A DNA stretch of 64,000 nt from Phoronis australis (taxonomy: Eukaryota > Animalia > Phoronida): the NCBI GenBank assembly GCA_002633005.1, contig NMRA01000003.1, positions 1,854,727 to 1,918,726 of the forward strand, in the 5' to 3' direction. Both the position numbers and the translations under genes were made by a program. Positions 13,059 through 24,100 of this stretch are shown piece after piece. The notes below the pieces were generated by a model. That model did not search any database and had not been told where the DNA came from. It saw only the letters and a program-made list of their open reading frames with translations. Position 1 is the first letter of the stretch, and every line of letters starts with the position of its first letter.

Positions 13059-16000
13059 TTATCTGAACTCGTACACTGCTATACTTTTTTCTGGCACATA
13101 CTGCAAATTGAGCGACTGGTACCTAAAATATAGATAAAACTAAAATTGTTAAATCAGTGAAAGCAAAATAGACTACATGACATTCTCACAACTTCAGTAC
13201 GGTGATGGATTACTCCCTAGAAACCAAGTCACAAATTCTCACGTTCTTCATAAGTCTACTGGGCCTCATTTATTTCGATACCGATTCTGGGGCAAAAGAA
13301 ACATTGGAAAGTTCAGACAGAGGTTCAGTCCTCAAATATGGCAATGGTATTGTATCCTACACTGTTAATAACTAATAGTTTAAGTTGCTACAAACCCATT
13401 TAGCACCACAAAAACAAACTTTTCATTTAGATCACTTATGACATTGGTCTCCACTAGTTAAATTGGGCATGATTTTAGGGCTTGCAAAGAATCGACAGTT
13501 CGTTATTGCAAAAAAACATGCGCTTCTAGTTCACTTGTCACGGCATGTCATTTTAGGTGTAGAAAATGGTTTGGACGACTACCGAACTGCCATTTCTTTG
13601 GAAATAAATTGCTAAATCAAAAGTTCTCTTCATGGATGGAACACAGGTTTATAGCCACTTCAAAGGCTAAATGAAATGATAATTCATAAATACTTGAGGG
13701 ACTTCCAAATCCGTATCCTCTAAACACTCGATCCTATCATTTCAATGTACATTAAGACAAAAACATACCAGCTACTTGAACACACTAACATTTTGCAAAC
13801 AACATGATTACTGATGATTTTCTCAAGAGCGGCTTGCAGAAAGAATTATCTGATTTAGACAACATTAATAATGAATATTGAGGTTGTCAAACTTGCTCTA
13901 ACAGAGTTTTGTTGGGCTATCTAGATAGTCCCAGTAATATTTAAGCAGAAATAGCATTTTCAAGACAGATTGGGTCGCCATCGAAGAAACTTATCTGCAA
14001 TGTTTCATGAAAATCTGTCCAGAAATTCTGAAGAACAGCAGAGAACAAAAAAAAATAAAATTGCCACTAGGGGGCACAGCAGTAGTCAAATCCATTCGAA
14101 AGATCCTGCAAGGGGTTGAGATACAGCCTTGGACACAAAAAAATGAAATTGCCAATAGGGGGCTCCACAGTAATCAGGCAGTCTTCTCGGCAGGAACACA
14201 TCTCATAATTTTCATAACGTTCTTTCAAGCAGTTTAGAAGCAAGAGGGACAGATGTGAAAATACTAAAAATGGCCATAAGGTGACACAGAATATGTCAAA
14301 CCCATCTAAAAGTAAAAAGATGAAGTCACCTCCTTAAGAGAAACCTGCTTGAAGAATTTCATGAAAATCTGTCCAAGAAATCTGACGATAAAAAGGTAAA
14401 TACAAAAAAACAGATTTGCCACTAAGGGGCACAGCACTAGTCAGGTCCATCCTGAAGTCGTCATCATTCGTTGTTACATTCACAGGAAAACACTTGCCAA
14501 ATTTCACAAAGATCCTACAAGCGCTTAATGAGATACAGCCATGGATGCAAAACATCAAACTGACACTAGAGGGTGCCACAGTAGTCTGCTTCATCCGTAA
14601 ATCCATTTCAGTCATAGTCTTCTCAGAAAGAACTAGGCAACTTTTCATAATGACCTTTCAAGCAGTTTGCCAGCTTTAGAAGAGGACACCAAAAACAGAC
14701 TCAAAAATAACAAAAAAGGCCACTAGATTGCGCACAGTAAGGAAGGGATACAGGAAATACAGCAGCAGATGTCGGACAATCAGACAAAGATAACACAATA
14801 TGCACCAACACAAGTACATGTGGAACAAAACCCACCCAAGAAAAGCAAAAATGATAGGGGATTTGGGTTTTTTAATCATGGCTTAGCAAATGGTAGCATT
14901 TCAAACCTTCAACATCCTTGCTTACTAGACTGTGACCTGACCTGATATGGGCAGGCATTTTTTTAGTCCATGACCACAGGTCTCAAAATGAGCCCGGGTA
15001 AAGACCAGCACCAAATTTGCTTTTTTTGGACCAAACCATTCGTTACATTTGGTAATTTATACCATTGGCATTTGTGGGCTCAGAGAAATGCTCAAATTGC
15101 ACAACCAAATTCACGTTTGTTAACAATCAAGGTATGTTTTAAAAAAGCACTCAGTCATCTTGATTTAGCGCAATTTGGCACCCTATCAACTTGTTACCTC
15201 TGTCAACAACTAACTAAGTGATTGTAGAAGAACAAAAGAGGTGTAGAGCTCGGTAACTCCCATTCTTACTGCCGAGCTTCTGAGATTGTAACCCACAGAA
15301 ACATGAGAAAACAACAGGTCAAGCAACAGAGTCCTGCTCCCACAAATGTGGATGGAAGATAAAACACCACAACACCATGTCGGCTGGTGCTACTTAAGGT
15401 CCTCTACTCACTTAGTAAATTACTTGTGAAACACTCGCTTTAGAGAATGTGGCCTGTACACCAGCTCATGACAACTGCACACTTCAACTTACATCTCAGA
15501 GTTCCTGTGATAGTAGTACCCTTCAATGGTAGCAGTGGACTTTTGGAAGCAGATATAGTAAAACCCAGCAAAAGATGCACCACTGATGTCTTTTATGGTA
15601 TGATCAGGTACTAAGAAGTGTTCCTGAAACACAAACAACAATAACTTTTACAAAAATGAACACTCATCAGAAAAAACAAGAAAAGACGGCTTACGGGTAA
15701 GTACTATATAATAATATTTATTGAATTCATGTTGTAGACTGAATAGCATTGCCCATAAGATTACATCACTTTACTCTCTATTGTGAACACCAAAAAACAC
15801 TATATTTTGCCGAGTGCTTATGACAGGAAGTTATGAGATGATAAGAGTGTAAAAAGGTAGAATCCTTTAACCGACATAGAGCATACCACTTGTGAAGATT
15901 CAGGTTCAGTTTGTATCCTCTGTATTCATTTTATCTTATTTATTCATAATAAAACATGCACAATAAAACATGAAGAATTAATTGAGCAACGAGATCAAAC

Positions 16001-18013
16001 ATCATGTGTAGTTTACATGTGGTCCTGTTGTCAAGATATCCAACTAATATCAAAAAACACAGTTGACAAGAAATTTTTTACACTGAAAAACTATGGTGAC
16101 ATACCTTCCACCTCATATAGACAAAGTCTGTATTTCTTTTTAGGTCATCATAATCAAATGAATCGGTATTAAATGTCTTGGCGAACTGATAAAATGACAG
16201 AAATTTACTCTGCAACAAAACAAATAACAGTTAATGGAGCAGAGCACAAACAGGTGAAAAAGTCACTCACAACCGACAGCTGTCCAAGGTATTTCCCAAG
16301 GAATGATAAGCACGGAACAAGTCTAAATGACACACATCAAAATTTGTATCACAGCTTCATAAAAAATTTCAGGCATCTACAAATTCCATACCACAACGGC
16401 TTAATAAACAAAAGGCCAACAGTGCATGTAACATTCTCAACATAGCATTAAGTGTGCAGGAACAGGTCCAGAGTAACAGTATTGAAACGGACACATTTAG
16501 GATTTAAATATCATGCACAAACCACCATATTCTTACGTACAAGAACACACATAAGGTATTTTTCCACCAAGTTTGTATGAAAAATCCTAAGCTTTAGAAC
16601 ATACAGCATATTTCAGCAGCTCTTTTGAAGAATATAGTCAATGCCTTGAACAAAATTTTGTGTGCATTAGGTAGTTTTCTGTATTTTACCTGATTTTTCA
16701 CCAGAAATGTCAAAAAGCGTTCAGTTTTAGATTTTAAGCAACTTAAGGATCGTATTTTGCAAGATCTTGACGAGAGGTAGAGCAAATGCTTTAAAAATTG
16801 CCTAGTTGTATATACAAACCCAGTGTTTCCTGTCAATATCTTCATCTGCATCCCACTTTCGGGTCAAGAAAGGGTGTTTCTTACTGATGATTTCTCCATC
16901 AAAAAATGTTGTTAGAGTAGGATACTCCTCAGTCAGTCCTTTTATAGTCAAATTTCCACACAAATATGAGTTTTCCAAGTCGACATTCTGAAAAATATTG
17001 CATCAGATGAGGGACATTATCATTTGCCCAGGTCAAGTACTAGATGTGAAAAATTTCAAAACTTCTGTAAATTTTTAGTAGACTAATTCCAGAAGATTTG
17101 AATTATATTTTTTTTGTACCATTGCATCTCAAGAGCTACTATGCCCTCCATAAGTATTGGTTGGCTTCAATAGCACTGCAAATGGTTAATTGTCACAAAA
17201 ATTTGGCCTCTTCAATTTCAAAGATCATAGCTGTCGAGGGCAACTCAGGAATATTCCTGACCAGGTTTGAACCTCTGCCATTTGGGCGCACTCAATGATA
17301 AAAAGTGTGCCTTTTTCAAAAAGTTGTACCCAGCAGACTTAGTGTAACTAAAGTGGTAGCAAGTGAAACAGAAGCCCCAAGAGCAATCGAAATAAGAACC
17401 ATCATGTTTTACCCAACTGACTGTAAGTTGACTAGAATCTTGCATTTTTGGAAGAGCGTTGCATTTTAAAAGATGCACCAATGAAACTTGTGCCTTTTAT
17501 TTTTTATGCACCAATGGCACAAAAGCGCAGCGACTGCGTGACTCGGTTAAGCGCAGTTAGCACCTAAACCCAATTTCTTGACATTTTGAAATAAAAGCAC
17601 AAAGCTATGGTTAGTGTTCAGTGGATGTATAAGTACACAAGACAAATTTTGTCAGAAGAGTATGTGACAACATTACAAGTGTTCCCTGCACGAATTCTTG
17701 AGGGACATTTATCTTATCAGGTACGGGTAATAAACAGATCACATTCACAATTTCCACATCAATAGAAATAAGAGAGAGCATCCACTGCAGCTCGTCACGG
17801 AACCTATAAAGTATGACAACAGTATAGTAGGTCTTAGGTAAAATTCTGTTGCAATCGCCAATGCACCTGAAACACAACTTCAACGCCGTAGCTATTTCCC
17901 TTGCTTTTCTGATGACCATGAAACCTCGCCCCACTGTATAACATCGTTGTAGTAACTCCCGGTTGTACAGAATTGATGGGGGGAGGAGGATCTAGCTCAG
18001 TCCTCACTGGCAT
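13059..18013 (-). CDS. GID4: GID complex subunit 4 (Pro/N-degron receptor of the GID/CTLH E3 ligase; Vid24 homologue), 204 aa, 5 coding exons; not visible in the ORF track
   Basis: Exons (minus strand): 17867-18013 [49 protein letters not shown]; 16820-16987 [56 protein letters not shown]; 16105-16209 [35 protein letters not shown]; 15493-15623 [43 protein letters not shown]; 13059-13122 (M)[20 protein letters not shown]. All introns GT-AG, 615 nt in total, closely matching the human GID4 sequence as remembered. Confidence 0.96.
13970..14880 (-). mobile_element. Helentron/DINE-1 (HINE)-like element with internal degenerate repeats in GID4 last intron
   Basis: Repeated GCCACTAGGGGGCACAGCAGTAGTC / CACTAGAGGGTGCCACAGTAGTC cores and TTTCATGAAAATCTGTCCA segments; same family as 61386-62665 in the opposite orientation. 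Boundaries approximate. Confidence 0.5.
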
Positions 18014-18137
18014 TATAGTCTATGCTGGCATAACAGTTGGAGCTTAGACTGCTGATCACAGTGACAGTTGTCACAGTTTCACTTCTATGGCGCCCAGATC
18101 ATGTGACTTGCAGAACCGAGAACGAGGTTACCAAAAA
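18014..18137. promoter_or_regulatory. Compact bidirectional promoter shared by GID4 and ATPAF2
   Basis: Only 124 nt separate the divergent ATGs (18013 minus, 18138 plus). Contains an E-box ATCATGTGAC; a YY1-type AAAATGGCGG overlaps the ATPAF2 start codon. Confidence 0.75.
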
Positions 18138-21100
18138 ATGGCGGCTGCTATAAAATGTGTGCGGTGTGTGACTGGACGTGAAATATACTTGAATACGCGC
18201 TTATTTTGTACTACACTATTTCGAAACTCATCTGGAACTAAAGGTAGGTTTTTAGGGTAATAGTTGATTGTGCTACAGTTTCTGACCGTTCTGAAAGCCA
18301 GTGTAGAGTTCAAAAGCATGTTCCGCGGAGAGAAACTTGAATGTCTAAAAATCACGTGCTCAGGCCTACATGTGATAGTTGTTGTGATTAATACACAGGT
18401 TCTCGTGCAGCTAACCTTTACTCATATGTATGCTTGAAATCACGCTTGATATGGTGAGAGCCAAACGCAGATGTCCTGTATGTCGCGAGACCAGACGGAA
18501 GACTGAGAAGACGAACATGCCATGATTCCCCAGTCACGTGCTACAAGGCTTGGAATTTTCCGCGGAAACACAGATTTCCGCTTATTTCTTATATTCCCTC
18601 CGCGTATTTTCGTATATTTCCTCAGAAAAAATAGTATTTGTCATAAAATTATTGCGACAAATTGGTTTCTCACTGCGGTGTTATTGACTCGAAAAGCGGA
18701 AACTGCTCTTTATGTTTCGGAAGAATGAAAATTGTAATTGCGGATTGCAGGCGCTCGAATTTCCAAATGGCTGTAACCATTATATAAGAAACATGTTTTC
18801 TTAGTAGTGAGTGATGTCAGTGGCAATCGAGGAACAGATAAATTCAAGCCTGGGCACAGGCACCTTAAGTAGCCCTCTACAATATAATATAATAAAGAGA
18901 AAGGTACACAACTGATATTCATATATGGCCGTCTGCCGACCACTTCCGGAATAACCCGAAGCACGTCAAATCTAAGAGTAATTTAACTCAAACATTTTAT
19001 CTGCGACAGCGACACGTTCATTGCTTCCATTTGTTGACATCGAAACCAATAAATATCATAAATACCTCCAGATCTTCCTAGTTCAATCATCAACATTCAC
19101 GACAAAGCGAAAAGCACGAAGGCTTCGTATCAGTTTCGTCTAATGCGCATGCTCATAAGGCCCCTCGCGACATCTTCAGAGCGCTTACATCAACTAAAAA
19201 CAGCAACATTATTTATGGTGCTCTATGAGCACGCTGATTGGGTACAGCAAAAATAGATCAAACTTTCAAGGGGCCTTCCAATTTATCTCCCGTTTATCAG
19301 AACCTGTAAGGTTTTGTGCACAAATTATTGTAGTCGGTTATGGCTGTGGATTGAGTTGTAAACAAAAACATTGTAGTGTGTCCTCTACCAACTGGCTTAA
19401 GTATAACTGCGACTGACATCTTGGGTAATTGTTTATTTACAATATGACGATATATAACATTGATAGCCACCAAGTCTCAGTTGATGCAAACCGCCCATGA
19501 AATACCAGAAAGATATTGTGTCCATACCCTTCACCTTCAAAAGTTGTCTGCTTGGCATGAAAACATTCATCAGAGGACAGTCAGCTGATGTTATCCTGCT
19601 ACCTTAGCTAGGTTGTTTACTGCTACTGACTACATTGGATAGTATTAATTATTGGATGGGTGTGCAAGTAATAGGCAATTACCAAGGACCAAGGCTCAAA
19701 AACCAGCAGGCAGCAGTTAGGAATTGAGGAATTCTGAATTTGTAAATGAAAATAAAAGGATGTGTAGAGTAAGGAAGTGAATTTTAATGTGACCAATCCT
19801 AAAGCATCTTCTCGTGACTCCTCGGCTTAATTTCACTCCCTCTGGCTTCTATCGCATCCGCACACTGTTGTTGTTAGCATTACATGGATGTACTGGCTCG
19901 AAGTATACTTTCAAGCTTTGGGATAACAAGCATTACGATAAATATCCATACCTTGGGCTTTGTGAAACGTCATTGCTTATGCTAGCTTCAATGGAAACTG
20001 TGTTCTCGATGCTTTATCTTCTTTCATGAAAGTCATTTTCTTTACTGCAACTTGCTGGCCTGTGTTAAAGTCCACCTTTATTTCTTGTCGTGTTAAACCT
20101 GGATGAAAGTAATGCAGTAATTATGTTTGGGTCCTAAACGGTTTTTTAACATTTATTGCAAGAAAACACAGTATAAAGACAGAAATCCCCATTGAAATAT
20201 CACGCACAGGCACACATCTCACCGAACGAGATCTTAATTTGAAAAACCAAATGTACTTTTATTATCTGTAGTTTGTTTTTCAATTAGAAAAACATACCAT
20301 CTTTGTAGAAATAGGTCTCCTAATCCATTTTTATAATAATTATGTTTTTTGAAATTCAAATAAATTTTGCCGATGGATACTGTACTTTCGGCTAAGATTC
20401 AACAGTTCATTCGCTTTTCTAATTTTACCAAATGTAACAGTCTGACAAGTTTGCCTGAATATAATATTCAGGTATTGTTTTCCAAACAGGCTCAACAGAA
20501 GTGCAACCCCAAAATAAATGTTCTGAACTTTCAGGTTCATTCCTACAAAAGGTACATCGATCACTTTCTTCAATTTCATGCTGGTAATGTTTTGTGTTTG
20601 CAACTAATTCTGTCAATGTTATATTAACAAACGTATTTTCAATTTGGGCATATGACCAAAATCCCTTGTGATGAGTGGTGTACCTTTGACGATGCCTTGG
20701 CTTCCATTCACAACGGAGTGACTAAGGTTTGCCAGCAGCCAGTCTTCACGTACAGGTTCTTCGGAATGACCATCTTTGTAAGCTCTGCGGAGTCGCCTGT
20801 GTCATGTGCTTTGAATGTCATCATTTTTCCAGGTAGTTCAATCATTCGGTCAGCATTGAACATCTGAAAGAAAACACATTATAATGATCAAAGGAATGTA
20901 GGCGTGTGGAAAACGGACGGTTTATCTAGTATTTTAACAAACTTGTCACATTGTTGTCCATTTCCCTTGCACATGTGGGGTAATAGGTTTAACCTGCACA
21001 TGGCTCAGTGTGAGAACGGTGTCATTTGAATGTTACTTTAATGTTATGTAGGACCATTGATAGGGACCCAATTTCACCAAAGTCAGAACATTCCTTAGAA

Positions 21101-24100
21101 ATGTGCGATTGCAATCATATGAAAGTTTTGCAAGCCAGGTTTTATACATTGTTGCGGAAAACGTAGTTCTACGATTCTTTCAAAGATACCAATTTTGCAA
21201 AGGACATTTTCAATTTTTCTGAATGAAAAATATCAACAGTTGGATAAAATGAGAGCAAAGGGACAAATTAGAATAATGTAAAGGAGTGTATAACACTAGA
21301 CTACGCATTTCCCCCTGGATTTTAGAATCATTCCATTCCTGTGTGGTTACCTCACATTTGAAGTTTGTGGCATAAATGTGGATGGCGTTGATTGGTGTCG
21401 CCCTACAATGGCCTATCGAGTGCGGTCACATATGCAACCGTGCCTTGAGAAACCTGCTACACAAAATGCGCAAAGTAAGCTGGCTTGGAGATTGTACAAT
21501 GGGACTAGTGTTGAAATGAGAATGGGATGCATTTTTCTATTTTCCATGAATAATTGTGAATTGAAAGTGGCAGTTGTTACTTGCATATATCTTAGTGTTA
21601 TGTAGTGTAAAAGTGGGGTATGTATTTTTTACTTGGGGTTCTTAAACTTTTTTGAATGTAGTGGGTCGTTTGTGCGCACTCGCTAGTGAAGGATTCAGAA
21701 GAGGGCAAGGGGGTCATGGTTCTACAATTATACGAGCCTGAATTTTACAGTTTGGGGGTGCGAACATGAGACGGCAAAATCGTGGGTAATATTCTGTCCT
21801 GCCACCCCCCAACTCGAATTCCTGGTTCTGCATCTGCTCCGTTTTCAATTTTGTCATTTTCTGTTCCGAGTAGGCATAATCTATACTTTAGGATTAGCGG
21901 TACTGGTTTTATTAATAATCTTAAACATAACAATTACCTGGCCTGTTGAAACTTGGCGAATGACTTCAATGAAATTGATGTCTTCTTCTTGTCTTTTTAC
22001 ATCTGTTAAGTTGATATGATGCATGTTTTGTACTACACTGTAATTGTACGGTAGCACATCTTTCCACGGTCACCCTGCGATTCGTTGGGTACAGGGGGAA
22101 GTCGGTAAAAATCCCCTGCGAAAATTAAATTACCTGAAATAGGTATAGAACACATTTTTCCAATACTCCTTTCGTGTTTATGGGCTTTGCACTTATGATC
22201 AAAATAATTTCATTTACGTGTATCACACAACAATTGTTTTTTGTGTGTTCATACTTTCTTACCTCTATATTCCCGAACGGATGGTTATTTTGACAGACTT
22301 TGCGCAATATGTCGTCGACTTTCTTTACTGTTTTCGCTGACAGCATCGACATCTCGTCCACAATCAATACTTCGCATTCTTTTATTCTTTGAGCGGTGTC
22401 TGTGTGTAATGAGGAGACATGGTCTTCAAAGAGAAGGCCCCCATCATGTATACCTACGAAGCTGTGTAGGGTGGTTGCATGGAGTTCGCGGTACTGGAGA
22501 GTTGCCATTCCCGTGGAAGCACATACGTTTACTTTCTTCCCAATTCTCGATTCTTGTACAATTCTCTTTAAGAGTGTTGTTTTCCCACTGCCGGCCTGGC
22601 CCGTAATTATAACATTGTGGCCTTCTCTAACGAGGTTCAGAGCTTTTACGTCCATATTTTCTTTCCACATGCATTCACTTGGTTACCAGTCACGGGATAC
22701 CAGCGTGTGTTATCAAGTACGACTTCGTGTCCCATGGCGCAGGCTAAAGACCCCCCATGGTATTGAAATGAGTATTAAGGCTAAACGTTAGCACTCGAAA
22801 TTTGGAGTTTTTTCTGCAGTCTTGAGATTGTATTATAGTTTGTGGCTCTAGGAATTCCTGATGCATGAATTATAGTGTAGTCGATGACTGACTAACACCC
22901 CCTTATATTGAGCTATGGATAAAGTTTTTAGAACACAATATGCCAAAGGCAATGTTGACTTTCATTTCAAGTACACGTATTAGCCTTTTCTCAACACGAT
23001 ACATTTAGCATAACAAACTTGTTTATTCCATATGTACCCCCAAGAGGGTATGACCTACACAAAGAACGCATTGAAAGAAATAATAAATTTAATAGGTGTC
23101 ATAATGCACATGTAATGTAACGATAAGCAACGTTTTAACATAATGAGAAATATATTTACTGATGTATCCACTAATTAAATACAGTAACAGCAATAAAGTT
23201 TAAAAGTGGCATATTTGTTTATGTTTGCCACTACTTTAAATTTCGTATTCCGCTAGATTGGTCAGTCTCGGTGTCTGTACAGTGGGGGTCACCACAAATC
23301 CGCGTACCCTCCTAGTCGATAAAGATCTCTTAGATGAGATGAGTTTCTTTGAAAGCTTCTGAGAACTCCAGATAGCGCTCTGCAAAATAAATGCTGTTGT
23401 GTTACTATGGCGAAAACATTTTCACATGTATTTACTTATGAAATAGGGGAAACATGGCTTAGGTATCAGTTATAAATAGTTGTATAATTTGTTAATACAT
23501 AAGGTAAGCGGTTTTCAACTTCTATCTTTTCGATGGGAGTGGGCTATTCTATTTTTAACATTGTAGTTTTTTGGGCCTAATGTCTTGGAACTGCCGTGCT
23601 TTGTTCGAAGTGTTATTTTAAATATTTTGTCAAGTGAATCCTCCGCCTTCAGAGATATTAATGTAGGTTTTCCAGAGGGGCAAAGCAATTGTACCTTGCC
23701 TATCCCTCCAACACAGATGTACAAACGTCGTCTTGGTGAAAGGGGACTCCTTAACTTACGGAATCACATGAGTGAAGTCCATCTCATTGCGTGCGACCCT
23801 GCACGTGACTTGGTGACTTAGCAAAGATAAATGTTAGGCCTAAACTTTAGCAGATTTCATATGAAAGGTTAACTTTTTCACGAAAGATTAAGTTTGATGT
23901 AAGGGTTTGATATAAGTTTTGTCTTACCGGATGTGCAACTTTCAAAATTTGAGATTTGAGATAAATCTTAGAACTCAAGTCTGAAATGAACTTAAGTACG
24001 TTTCTTTCCACAACTTGAAAGGTTTGATTTTAAACTGAAAAGTTGAGTTGGCGAATGCTTGGCAGATTTTTAGAGGGAGTATGCGCCACAGGTGTAATGT

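Noticed and set aside
19361-19430. NIVVCPLPTGLS resembling a RecQ-type LPTGxGKS motif (AcademH-like)
   Set aside because: The GKS is absent and no downstream SF2 motifs follow; probably chance.
22125-22670. Host PIF1 gene
   Set aside because: It lies inside a TIR/TSD-bounded element within another gene's intron, lacks the N-terminal domain, and has several stops and frameshifts.
23515-23790. Possible OB-fold ssDNA-binding remnant (RDRQGTIALPLW) upstream of Pif1
   Set aside because: Only a short resemblance to DxTGxIxLTLW, flanked by stops; not supportable without an HMM search on intact copies.
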